Of a stretch of DNA of 64,000 bases, positions 28,489-40,911 are shown in pieces. Each line of letters begins with the position of its first letter. The first letter of the stretch is position 1. Source of the DNA: the human T2T-CHM13v2.0 reference genome, Homo sapiens; NCBI RefSeq assembly GCF_009914755.1, contig NC_060926.1. One strand, given 5' to 3'. Position numbers and translations under genes: made by a program. A model generated the notes under the pieces. That model did no database searches. It was not told the DNA's origin and saw only the letters and a list, made by a program, of their open reading frames with translations.

Positions 28489-28999
28489 CTCTATATCAGA
28501 TTCTAGTATGAAACTCAGTGCTCCAGCCCCTAGGGACACCAGCAGCTTCCACCTGTGCTCTGTGGAAGCTCACTGCCCCTCATAGGATGGAGGACCACTG
28601 ATGACCCAGAGAGGCCCTCTGCAGGTGGGTGGGTATGTGAATGACACAGCCTCTGAGCTCTGCTCTCCTACCCTGGGAGCTCAGATGGACTGGCCTTTAG
28701 TACAGGGACCTGCGCGAATGTGGTCTGGTGGTTCAGTATGAGTTCCTGTAGTGATGGCTTTCTCCTGCTTGGGAAAAGGCAGAGGGAAGGCCTAGGCACA
28801 CCAGCAAACCAGTAGCAGGGCCCTGTGTGGCTTCAGATGCCTGGGGGGCTGAGGGGTATGAATCAGGTCTCAGGGCTTATAGCTCCCATGCATGCAAGCC
28901 TTCCCCCGCTGGGCCAGCAGCTCTGCTCCTGCTCCTCTTGCCCTCAGGTAGCTGCCCCTTTCATCCCTGTCCCAGCAGTGGGAATCCCATATCACTGTC

Positions 29000-29680
29000 T
29001 TCCAGCCCTCCGGGTGCTACTGATCTCCTGTTCTCAGCTCTGTGCTGGAGCCTCCCAGATCCATCCCTAGGGATTGGTCCTGTTGACATGGCTGTCCACT
29101 GCCCCTCCCTCCAGATGCCGCTCAGGTGCCGTGCGACCTCGCTGAACTCCATGTTCCCTCAAGCTACCTCCTCCTCCCATGTCCCCCACCTCTGGAAATG
29201 GCAACACCATCTGCCCAGTCCCCTAGTTAGAAACCTGAGAGTGCATCTCGCCTCCACGTACTACAGGCTGTCAGCTCTGCCTCCTAACCATCCCTCCCAC
29301 TCGTCCTTCCCCTCCATCCCCACTGCTCTTGACTTCCTTCAGCAGACCCTCACCAACTGGCACCTGAGCAACCACCATGGGCTCCCTGCCTCCACCTTTT
29401 TCCCTCCAGTTCCTCTGGTACACTGGCCCCAGCGGGAGCTCTAGGATGCAGATCACACGTCCAGCCTCCCCAGACCCTGGAGGCCAAGTTCCAGACACCT
29501 GTGCTGAAAGCATACCACCCACGATCACACTCTGAGACCTCGTGCCACTGTGCCTCTTCCACATGGTCTCCTCCACCTGGGATGCTATTCCCATGGGCCT
29601 CTCTGGACTGGCCCCCTTGACCTCCTCCCAAGGCTGAATCAACCATTCCTCCTTGCACACTGTTCATGCCTCTAGTGCAG
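29000..29680 (+). mobile_element. L2 internal fragment
   Basis: AAATGGCAACACCATC...AGAAACCTGAGAGT...CTCCCTGCCTCCA...CTCCACCTGGGATGCT pattern. Confidence 0.65.
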
Positions 29681-30269
29681 AAGGGGAAATTAACCTGTGA
29701 GGGCCTGATCTGTTAGACTGGTTTGGGGCTGCTGGTCTTCTTCACCCCCGCTTCTGAAAACCCCTGCACCCACCCCCAGCCCTTGCTGTTTGATAGCAGT
29801 CACGTGGCCCACCCTCCAGCCTCAGCTTATTGGACGAGGGGCAGATACCTGGCTTCAGGCTACTCTTCCATTGGCTGGCAGCAACACAGGCCTGGTGGGC
29901 CGTGACTTTAAGAAATTAGCTGGAGCATCAGATTAAATCTCCTTTGCAATGGGAAGTAAGGGAATTAAGAACCAGAGAGTTCCATTTGGGGCTGGGTCCT
30001 TTAGCCTGATGCTTATATGAATATAAGAAAAGCATGATTTTTCTGAGGCTCTGTGCAAAACAGAGTTGAGTCTCAAAGGCTGGTTGGGAAGGAAGGAAAA
30101 AGAGAGGTGATATCCTTAGAGAAGGGGTTTGCAGAGCAAGACAGACAGAGCTAGTCCTGGCTGGTCCCGAACCTCCTCTTTTTTTTGCCCATCGGCTGGG
30201 TTCCTTGAAGGCCCTCCTTACCGTAGCCTCACGATACTACGATGCAGCCCACAGGAAAGGCACGGGTGT

Positions 30270-30440
30270 CTGAGCCCAAAAGCCAGAACTCAAGTCCTGC
30301 CTCTCTCCGTTGCAGCTGTATAACCTTGGGCAAATTACTTTCATCTCTCCCTCATCTGCAACAGTGGAAATATTCCAGGATCTAATGGGCAGTTGGACGA
30401 GATGATGTTCAAGCTCCGTTCCTGCTCTAACATCTCACAG
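30270..30440 (+). mobile_element. MIR/MIR3
   Basis: CAAGTCCTG...GCTGTATAACCTTGGGCAAATTACTT...CTCATCTG...GTTGGACGAGATG. Confidence 0.65.
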
Positions 30441-30986
30441 CCCTGTCGTCTTTGCCCTGCCTCCCGCACAGGAATGACGTAAGGTAGAGCACTTCACAAG
30501 CCTGGCCAGCTCAGTGTTTGCCCCAACCTGTTCTTGCAAATAGCATTGCCCTTTCCTGTTAGCACAGCTCCCAGGGGGCCTCTGGGAGCTTTTGCTTCTC
30601 TGCTTGCTGTTTAAGAGGGATTTATGCCGTGGCCAGGCAGGCCAGGATGTTCATGCACCCCCAATAGCAGCTTTATCTAATGAGGATGAGATGCTTACAC
30701 ATATTTTCATTTTTTAAAAAATCGGCTATTAATTTGTCAGAATTATTCATATTTTACTGATGATATTTTCCATGTATCTAATCAGGGAGCTCATGAATAG
30801 AAATGAAACTATTTAAATACAGAGATGGTGTACATTGTACGATCTTGTTTTCTCAAGCTGTTTCATAAAGCAGTGAATACATTTATTTCTTCTAAAAACA
30901 GGTTTTGCAATCATCAAAAACTTTTTTAAATCTTTGATTAAATATGACTCTATTCGAATATGCTAAATCTCTGGGAGCGGGGTGGG

Positions 30987-31084
30987 CGTGTGTGTGTGAG
31001 TGTGTGTGTGTGCGCGCATGTGTGTGCATGTGTATGTGTGTGTGCATGTTTATGCGTGTGTGTCTGTGTCTGTGTGTCCGTGTG
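30987..31084. repeat. Imperfect (TG)n microsatellite
   Basis: Alternating TG interrupted by CG/CA/TA/TC. Confidence 0.95.
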
Positions 31085-32384
31085 GTCACTTGAACAAGTA
31101 CATTGTTTTCCGGCCTTCTCCATAGGGACAGGAGACTTTTTCTTTTAGTGAGAAAAATGGAAAACACATTCTGGGTCAAATATTTAGGATGGATAGATGG
31201 CAAAGTAAAAGCACAAATTGAAATCGAGCTGAGTAATATTGGAGATAATTATTTGTACAGTGTAGACTTTTAAACTGCTCAAAATTCCAGCAGCACTTAC
31301 CTACACTGAAAGAGGTTTAGAATCATTAAACAAAGCCAGATATTAAATATACTACTGCTATCTCTCGAAACATTAGCAAGTAATGTAAAACACATGGCAT
31401 CTACTCAATGGAAAATCTGAGAATACAAATTATAATAGTTGTCGTATAAGACCTCTGGGAAGCTTGAACTAAATTGCTTAATTCCATTAATAACAAACTA
31501 TTACTCTAGCTATTAAAGTAACATAAGGTAATAGAGATCATGTCGAGAGATTGTACTGAGGCTCTTTCTTCACCTAGCACAAATTTATTCAGGGGCATTG
31601 ATAGATTTTAATTGACTATGGCAACTGAATAGCAACAAAGGAAATTGAATGTCTTTTGAAAAGCTCCACGTTTTGTAGAAGCAAATAGCAACACCAAAAT
31701 GAAGGTCTGGGAAGCTGGGTCAGGCAGGGAAGGGTGCTGGGAACATTTCCACCAGCAGCTCCTCCACGGAGATGCTTTCCTGTGACCTTAAGGAAACGCT
31801 TCCTGGGAACAGGCACGCCACAGGCCTGAGCATCTTTTTCAGCTGCATGCAGTCCAAGTGGAAAGGCAACCAATCCAGGCTGCTCTAAAAGCACGTGCTT
31901 TGTCGTGAATATCCATCAGGCACGTTTCCAAGATATAGGACTGCAGGGACCTTCATGCAAACTGCCGAAGCCTCTCTGGAGAGTTCTGAGAACAGGATTT
32001 GTTTTGGCCCAAAGGCTTGGCAATGGCATGAGTGACCCCAAACCCCCAATCATGATTCTGGGGCTGAGGATCATGAAAGACCCCCTCGGCTTCCATCTGG
32101 TCCAGGATGGATTCTGGTGACCGTCACCTAGTTTTCTCTCCCACTTCTTGGTCCTCTCCCTGCTTTCCGGGCTCCTTCTGTCTTCTTTCCACACACCCAG
32201 TTGCCATCAGCGTATCTGTCGTGCAGCTCACACTGGCCTTGCACTATTGCAGTATCCTGGTCTTGATGAAGCGACAGTGCTCCTTTCGTCGCCGTAAGCC
32301 AATCTCTCCTTCCCACTCACCCAGCCCCAAGCACCTGGGCCTTCAGTGCTGCCTCAGTGCCTCTGTTGGAAGGAAATCTCTTTT

Positions 32385-32542
32385 ATTTTATTTATTTCTG
32401 TGAGTATTTTATTTATTTTTTGGAGACGGAGTCTTGAACTCCTGGCCTCAAGCAATTTTCTCGAACTCCTGGCCTCAAGCAATTTTCACATCTCAGTCTC
32501 CCAGAGTGCTGGGATCACAGGCGTGCATCACTGTACCTGGCT
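32385..32542 (-). mobile_element. Alu monomer/deleted Alu with 27-bp internal tandem duplication
   Basis: T-rich tail, GAGACGGAGTCT joined to T(T/C)GAACTCCTGGCCTCAAGCAATTTTC x2, then GTGCTGGGATCACAGGCGTG. Confidence 0.9.
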
Positions 32543-35320
32543 GGAAACCCCATTTTTAAGGGAAATGGTAAAAGATGTGAGGGCCTGCAGGAGGTGGTCC
32601 CTGTAGTGACGTTCTAGGAGGTGCCTCTGTGGGCTGTCAGGCAGGTGGCAGGGAAGTCAATGGAGCCCCCCAATCCTGGTGCCCATGCCATGCTTTTTGG
32701 TGAGGTGGGTCCAGGTCATTGCCCCTACCTGGCTCTGGGACACATGATAATTTTGCAGCAGAGGTGTTGAGGTTGTGTCTTCTGATGTTTGGCTGGACAT
32801 TCCCATTTGTTTTCATGAATGTCTGAAATGTCATCTCACTTAAACCAGTACAATACTCTTTATCTTCTGCCCTGGGTGGCAGTGGGTATAACAGTCAACC
32901 CTGCCATGTCCCCTGGGACTCGGGACATTCTCCCAGCCCCCATTGGTCCCAGCTTCTCTCCAGGACATCACAGAGGAGCTTTGGGGTCAAGCCTGCACCG
33001 TACCCACCTCCACTGTACCCACAGCTCCAGCGAGAGTGACGGCCCCTCCTGGCATCGTGTCAGGGCCAGGGCTCCGGGGGTTGACACCCCAGAACAGGCT
33101 CCGGCTCATGGCTGTGGACGCCTACCTTGTTGGCACTGGGAGAGTCTAATCCCGCCACGACTGTAGCACGCGCATGTGTTTGAAAACCTCCTTGGCAGGC
33201 AGGACCTCCTAATTTTTTCCACTTCTTGTGATTAGCGTTGCAGACTAATCCTAGCACCAGACTCAACACCAGCTGTTCTTCCCCCACTGCTTGTTTTTAC
33301 TTACGAACCAAATCCTGGAGTTGCTGCCGAATTGGCCAGCGCCGCTCTGCTCCTCCCTCAGCCCGAGCTGCAGCCAGTCACCTATGGCATGACCTCAGAT
33401 GAACTGTCTTTTCAACATGGCCACCCGTGTGTCCTTCACAGTGCCCGGACGGCACTGCTCAGTCTCAGGGGGCACGAGAGGGGCTCACTGGGTTCCAAAG
33501 AGGACTCCGGCTTACCCGCTGCAGCAGTGGGATATCAGCTGTTCCTGGAGCCAAACTGATCTTAGAAATTTGGTTTTGCATCCTTAGACACGAGACAGCC
33601 CTGGATACCACTTATAATTTTTTATGTAATATGGTATTTTCAGAATAAGATATGTAACATTTAGATAAGTTGTATGACAACAATGAAATGAACACACATG
33701 ATCCATCCCACCTCTGAACTTAAGAGCTGAAACATCACCAGACTATTGAAACTGCCTGTTTTCCTGCTCCATTCATTCCAGGTCCTCTTAAATTTGGAAA
33801 GGGGTATGCAGAAAGAGCACAGCCCTGGTACCTCCTCCCTCTCCCCCATCCTGCTCCCACCGGAAAGATATGTTTTCCCCCAAAAAGGGTACCCCGCCAG
33901 TGTGCAGCAGCAGCACCCCCTCTAACCTTCAGCGGGGCCAGCGGTGGAGGGAGGGGAGGCAGTGCAGCCTGGGCAGGAAGCAAGGCCTCAGTGGCCTCCA
34001 GATTTGCAAGAGGGGCCAGAGCTGCCCTAGGGGGCCCAGGGACCACCGCTGTCTCTGCTTTGGAAATTTCTCTGGCATGCTTCCTCTTCCCCTGACTTCT
34101 GTGGCAATGCTTGGGGGAAAGTTATTTACTGAATGCAGACCCAGGGACTCAGACTTCTGCATCCATACATACCATCCATTTGCATTTCTGTGAGAGTCTC
34201 TCACATACCTGGAAGGCCCTAAAAACAAATCAGGGAGTGTGGCATATGGGACATTTGCCCTCCAAACACTGCAGCGTCAAGAAGAATTGCAATTGTCAGA
34301 AATATCATATTCCTGTCAAAAGCGCATGAAATCAATTCTGTAAATTGAGAAACATAAGTCACAGTTATATTTGTTCTGCAACCATATAAGAATCACGAGT
34401 TTCTCCTAGGGTAGGAAAAAAAAAAAAAAACTATGAGCCCTTTAGAATGACTTAATGTCCAATCATAGCCACCTTTACCAGGCAGTGCTGTTTCTGTTGG
34501 CATGAGATTTCTGACTGCCTTCAGTCGGTGGGTATTTCCGCTGGGTTGGTTGCTTTCTTGGCAACTGCGATTACTTGAAAACGGGATGAAAGTAAGTGAC
34601 TCCTTTTTTGTTTTCCTCCTTGGCAATCTCTCTGTGGTTTTGTGGCTGCCCATGTGGTTCTCTTTCCTTCCTCTGTCCCTCCATGACTAGAGCACCACAG
34701 CAGGGAGCCGAGGGTTTCCTGGGGTTGGGCAGTCACTCAGCCCCTCCCTCTATCAGTGCACGTGCTCTGGAGTTCCACATACCTGGACCCTGTTACCCCG
34801 TTTTAGTTGCACAGGACTGCTGTGGGAGACGGTGCAATAATCATTTGGTCAAGATGAGCCAAGCCTCCTTTGGGCCGAGCACGGAGATCACAGAAATGGA
34901 CTCCAACTCACCTCCACCCAGAGAGGCAGGGCCAAGCCTAAAAGTTTTGTAGGGATTTAGGGAAGGGAGGGAGCAAAGGGCTGGGAGAGCCAGGGAAGGT
35001 TCATTAGCCCAGGAGCATCTTTCCCTGCCTCCTAAAGGAATATAGCCTTAAGCTCTTTGGAGGAGAGGGGAATATTCCAGCTGGGCCAAGAGAGAGGGTG
35101 GCCTGAGGCTGGTGTGTGCATGTGACCTGAGGGGCACTGAGCTGTGAGCTGGAGGTGTCGAGTGGGCCTCAGCACTGAAGTCAGGGGAAACCAACCGTAT
35201 GGATGCCGTTCTGAAAGACAGCCTGTATTACAGGAGCACCGGGTAGAGAGTATTCAAGGAGACAGAGATCTGTCTGGAACTACGGGAAGGGCTGACTCAA
35301 GATTTCTGGCCAGAATCCTA

Positions 35321-35510
35321 GGATTTTTCTTTTTTAATTTAAGGTGTGCAGCACAATGTTTTGATAAACTTATAGATAGTGAAATGGTTATTATAGTTAA
35401 GTGACTTAACATATCCATCATCTCACCTAGTTACCCTTTTCTGTGTGTGATAAAAGCACCAAAATCTACTCTTAGCAAACTTCCAGCATACAATATAATA
35501 TTATCCTATA
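35321..35510 (-). mobile_element. L1MA-type 3' end
   Basis: TTTAAGGTGTGCAGCACAATGTTTTGAT...AACATATCCATCATCTCAC...AAAATCTACTCTTAGCAA. Confidence 0.8.
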
Positions 35511-36006
35511 CACTGACAGTGAACACCATCCTATTCATATATTGGGCAGGGTAGGTTTGTTTGTTTTGGATGTAGAACTCATCACCAGGAAAGCAGGCAA
35601 GAATTCCCCGAAAATCAAGAAGTCTGAGATTTGAGCAGCAGTAAATCTGTTTTCTCTGAAGTGCCAGTGTAGACTCCATTCTGCTGTCTCTACCTTGGCC
35701 TCCATACCGAGTGGGCTGGAGGCTGCGGCACCAGTGAGGTGCCCTGACATCCAGCTGGCTGTGACAAATCAGAACAAACACCCGACCGGGCAGGAGACTA
35801 CTACCTGGGGGCCTCGCCCTGCCCTCCCTGTCAAGCAGGGAGCTCCAGGCCTTTGGGGCCAAAGGAAGCCCCTCTGCTGAGGCTCAGGAAGGTTTTCGGG
35901 GTTGGGGAGCAGACTGGAAGAACTTAGTCCTGCCCTGACCAACACCCAGCTTTCTCAGTGCCTTCGTTAGGACATTTAGGAAGGTCGGGGCTTCCTTCCA
36001 CACTGA

Positions 36007-36178
36007 GAATTCTGCAGTAATGCAGATGTCCTATACTGTGCTGGCAAGTGCTGTTGAACACTTAGAATGTGGCACGTGTGACTGGGGAACTGAATTGTGA
36101 ATTCTATTTAAGCTAAATTAATGTTAATTGAAATAGTCACATTGACGAGTAGCTACCATATTGGACAGTGTAACCTTA
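36007..36178. mobile_element. MER3-like hAT DNA transposon
   Basis: GAACACTTAGAATGTGGC...GAACTGAATT...AAATAGTCACAT...GCTACCATATTGGACAGTG. Confidence 0.75.
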
Positions 36179-37374
36179 GAAGATTCAAGGCAGAACCTGG
36201 GTGAGGCCGCCCCTATGCCTCCCAAGACTGGGCGACCTGTCACTGTGTCTCTTTCCATTGCTGAAAGTGACAGAGCCTACGGAGCTCTCAGAGAGAAATT
36301 ATCCTGAAAATCAGACCGAATGGCTGAACGCTTACAGATGTCCCTGCGACCGATCACATTTCCTTTCGTGGCTATAAGAATTGTATTAAATATTAGGCAT
36401 AGGAGGAATCTTACCAGGTTTTCCCTAAAGCCCTTTTCTCTCTTGCTGCATGAAGTTTCCTCTCCTGCAGCTGCCTGAGGAAATGGTTTCGCAAGACTTT
36501 ATTATTTTTGGATTTTTTGGCATACTCACTGAAGCCAGGCCTGGGTACTCAGTTTCCATTTGATTTCTGGCTGCTCAGGGCTCACTCCTCCTGCCCATGC
36601 TGGTGGGATTTCTTGTAGGCCAGACAGTGGAATGGTTTAGAGCAGCCCTACCTCTCCCTTCTTTGGGGTGACTGGAGAGGAAATTGAGGGGCCAGCTACC
36701 ACTGCTTACAGGAAATGGACAGATTAGGGCAACTGGATCAACATTGCATTGAAAATACCTGGCTTCTGTGGGTGTGAGGCAGGACTACCTGAATAGATAC
36801 TTATGTTCTTGCTCCAGAGCTGTCAGACTCAAGCAGTGGCTGGGCTTTAGGTGACTTGGTGACGTTCCCTGGCTCTAGGGTAGCTATGGAGTAATCGGAA
36901 TCACCGTCTGATTTCAGCAATTGCACTTCTCAGAGTTGGGCAATGAGGCTAAGGAGAAAAGGGATGGCTGGAACAAGTTTGAGGCGGGAAGAGGAGAAAG
37001 GTCTTCAGCCCCTTGGGCACACAGAGGCAGCACTGTCGGCCCCCACCCAGAGAAAGTAAAGCATGACTTGGAGATCCAGAGTCTGCCAGACCCCAGGGCA
37101 GTCTCTCAGGAGATGAGGGAGGAGTGGGGCGGAACAGCGCAGCTGCTGTGTTTATGACACATCTTCCTCCATGGACTGCTTAGGACGCTTCAACCTTAAT
37201 ATTTGAGGCGCATTCTCTAGAAATAGTCTTTGTCCACTGGCTGAGATGGGTGGGAACAGAGGAGTAGGAGGTGTTGGCTTTTTTTAGGATAGAAGGTTAT
37301 TGGTTTATTTAAGTGCATTTGCTTTGGTTTTAGCGTTGTGAGGATAATTAATTTACGTATGACCCTCCTTAGAC

Positions 37375-37680
37375 CTGTAAATATGTATTGGTACCAACTG
37401 TACAGCAGGCCCTGTGCTGTCCGCCAGCAAGATAACAGTGAATGAAGACATCTCTGCTCTAAAGTAGATATTCTCCCCAGCCCTTCCCAGCATGGTCTGG
37501 AAGGGAACAGCAGGATATTCAGACAGTGCCTTAGCAAGGAAGGACACAGTGGTGCGTTCGTGTCAAACACTGGTGTGCAGAAGGTAGGGAGTCCAGGAGG
37601 GCTTCATGGAAGAGGGAGACTTGACTGCGCCTTGAGATGTCTGGAAGGAGTACAGAGGGCTCTTCAGGAGTCAGAACAAA
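37375..37680 (-). mobile_element. L2 fragment
   Basis: AAATATGTATTG...CAGGCCCTGTGCT...CAGTGAATGAAGACA...CAGGAGGGCTTCATGGAAGAGG. Confidence 0.55.
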
Positions 37681-39079
37681 CAGGTAAGTGATCGGAAGCC
37701 GTGGAGAAAGTTTAATTGTTAGAATTTCCATTTATTTTGGTGTGTATGTGCTATGTTTAAACCTTAGGAATTTGCATACCACTTGGTATCATTTTATTAG
37801 ATCCTAGTTTTGTAGGTCTAGAAGTCAAGACCAATGTTAGGAAAACTGCCCTTGATATGTAGAGACACCCACCTGGCCATCTCCTGTCTTCCCCAGCAGA
37901 AGGATGGAGAAACAGACAAGCTCCTGATAGCAGTGACATGATGCATATGTGATGGGCAACCAACTGTGACTCTGAAGCCACTTTAAACACTGTTTCTCTG
38001 ATTTAAAAACCTGTTTGGAGCTTTGGAAGTTGATTTTTAGGTTTATAAAAAAACTGGACTATTTTGAGTTTGGAAACATAATTTACTGTTTCCAAGAAAA
38101 GAGTTTTAAAAACCGATTACTTTCCCTAACTCCTCATCCCCTTGCGACAATTTATAAAAGAGAAATCAGGATTTCAAATCCTGCACGTGGAGTGAGTAGC
38201 TTTTTTGAGTTCAGTTCACGAGGTTGCACTTTGACATGCTTTTTAAGATTTGAATATTTTTATAAATCATGATTATGCTACTGTTTAATGAGAACAAAAG
38301 TGGAAATCGCATCTGTTTGTCTGCGGCGGAGCATCTCCCGGCCTGTGTGTGCTGTCTGGGAAAGTGGTGGCCCAGTCTGGAGAGCTGACGAGCAGCTTGA
38401 TTAGCTGAAATTACTTCCTGCAGTAGTTTGAGGGTGTCAGTCCTGGGATGAACTGGGTCATCTCAGGGATCTGGGACACGGGAGCCACTCTGAGACTCAG
38501 GGTGGCTGATGGCCCGGACTCCAATCAGAAATCCCCAACTCTTCCCCGCGTGAACACGTCGGGCAGATTCCCTTCCAGCCCAGGTTGGGATCTCAGGGTC
38601 TGTTCCTTGCTAGACCGGGTCCAATTGGTATCAGCCCCCTATTCCTGCTTTGGAATAGGGGGCTGATACAAATTGGATTGAACCTAATTGAGATGCCCTG
38701 TAGTGTCAGCTGGTCCCGGGGAAAGAGGCTATACAGGTGCAGGCATGTTCCCTGAGGGTGGGAGATAGCCGCGGCCGAGAGACAGCAGTGGAAATAGACC
38801 TATAGCATGGGCATCGAGGACAGGACTTTGGAGTCAAAATGCTTAATTCCATTATCACTCAGCCCGATCATCGATGTTCAGGTTGAAGAGCCTGTGTCAG
38901 CAAAAGAGTTGAAGTAATTTGGAGTTCTTTGTTCACTCAGCTTTAGAACGCTGCTGTTTTTTCGTTTTCCTTCAAACTAGTAAAACTAAAAACGTTTCTG
39001 ATTTTTAACTGTTACTGTTTTTATCTGGAAAACTCATTAATCTAGATTTTGTTACCACTGACAGCCTATAGGTCCTCTC

Positions 39080-39295
39080 TAAATATTGTTTTTAATGTAA
39101 CTTCTCTACAACGAAATGCCTGGATCTTTGGCATGCGGTTCAATCAGTTTTGCACTGACAAATGCAGACATCTGTGTAACCCACATTCCTATCAAGTAAA
39201 AGAGCATTCCCATCAGCCCAGAAAGCCCCCTCGTGCCCCTTCCCAGGCATCCCCCTGCCTCCAGAAGCAGCCACTGATGGTTTGTTTTTAACATG
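39080..39295 (-). mobile_element. Old L1 (L1MB/MC-like) 3' end
   Basis: TGTGTAACCCAC...ATCAAG...CATCAGCCCAGAAAG...GTGCCCCTTCCCAG...CAGCCACTGAT. Confidence 0.7.
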
Positions 39296-40606
39296 CATCT
39301 TAATTTAATTTTAATTTTAAAACATCACCTGCATTTTCAAACCAAAGAAAAAAGACTCCTTCCTCCAAGAAAGGTCTCCTGCTGGCTCCTGGGCCCATCG
39401 GGTGCTGTTGCTGTGTAGCCAGGCCGGGTGCACATTCTTCACAGGTTGTAGTGCTCCTGGCTCAGACCGGGAGGTTTTCTGAAGTCTAGTCAGCTACACA
39501 ACTCTACACCTGGAATGTCAGACATTCGCAATGCCTCCAGAACAATGGATGGCAAAAAAATTCATTCTGTGCTTTTTCCGGGATCGCTTGCATGCAATTG
39601 TGCCCGCCGAGCAGGAGGACTCCAGATTAGAGGGAGAGAGAGCGAGAGAGAGGCCTACTCATCGGTCTGCATAATCAGCATCGAACATATTTCTGCCCCA
39701 ACAAAGAGAACAGTGTGTTCCTGAGACGCTGCCGTGCAGCTCGGAGGCTCACTAGTGGGCGGTTCTCCCGGGAGGGAGTCGGGTGTTTCAGCAGCTCTCC
39801 CCACACCTACCACCCACCTTTTGGGGGGCCCCAGATTTTCTGGCCCCTAAGGGGGAGGACACTTGCACAGGGCCTGGCAGAGGGCAGAGACGGCTCTGGC
39901 CCCTGTGCCCCTTCATCCTCTGACCCGCATGAAATAAAACTCCTGCAAATCTACCTATATGACCAATTCATCCCCCTCGTGTTTGGCCCTTCCAGCACCT
40001 GTCACTAGGCGCAGGCGGTCAGCAGGGATTCAAACCACCACTGGGCCACTTTGCTGATCTCTTTAGATGCAGTGTGTGTCTTATTCCCATGATGCTGGTG
40101 GCCACTCCACATTCTTATGGGGGACCTGTGGGGTTCCCAACCGCACCCTGCATCTGTCTCTCCAAGCACCACGGACACTTCCAGATAGAAGAAGCCAGGC
40201 TGCAGTGTGGTCCAAGCCCCTTCTAGGTCTCTCCCTTTTCAGCCCTCTCTAGCTGGCTCCACTGGCTTGGTTACTAAAATTCTAGCAGGACTCAGGTCTG
40301 TTGGGGATGGCCAAGCTTGAAATATTTCTTTTTTCTTTTTCTTTTTTTTGGCCTGTCTTACCTACAGTTGTATTTTCCTCTTTAATCATAAGGATTTACA
40401 TCAGGAAAAATAACCTGAGAATAGATGTGTTTTGTTTGAATGTCGTAGTTGTGCCCTTTGTAAAATTACCCCAGGGCATGATAAGAAAAGGAGTAAGCAA
40501 TTAAAATGCACAGGGCTACGGCAAGGGCAGGCAGATCTGAGTGGAGGCTGCTGTCCTGTGAAGTAGACCTGGCAGGGGATGGCTGCTCCGGGCTGGCCTG
40601 GGCCTC

Positions 40607-40911
40607 GCTCTGCCTCTGTTGTTGCTCTGACCTTTGACAAATCATTCCCTTGCCTGTGTCTCGGTTGCCCCATCTGAGCGAGAGGCTGGACTAAAAGGTC
40701 ACTAAGGTCACTTGTAGCCTGACCTTCCATGGCTCTATAATTCTCTTTGTTATCTTTGGCCACTTACATGTTTGCCATGATCATTGCCAATCAAACTAGG
40801 AATGTTTAGCAGATTTTAGACACTCAGACTGGAAAATACAGACGAGGCCATAGAAGTTAGTGTTGTCCTAGGGATGGCTCCTGGTTCACGCAGGCTCCTC
40901 ATAGGGTCCCT
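40607..40911 (+). repeat. Direct duplication copy 1 (305 bp; first about 120 bp MIR3-like)
   Basis: Ungapped match to 45105-45409; 18 substitutions counted by hand. Confidence 0.97.

Noticed and set aside
28827-29444. 205-aa Pro/Ser/Leu-rich ORF
   Set aside because: Runs through a decayed L2; composition reflects C/T-rich repeat sequence.
30892-31203. His/Thr-rich and Cys/Val-rich ORFs
   Set aside because: Translation of the (TG)n microsatellite.
34790-35220. Possible old LTR here and at about 41615-42115
   Set aside because: LTR-like texture only; I could not match a family or define termini/TSDs.
37481-37689. Strong donor CAG|GTAAGT at 37683 with possible upstream acceptor at 37480
   Set aside because: Lies in an L2 fossil with a short pyrimidine tract; isolated consensus donors are expected by chance in 64 kb.
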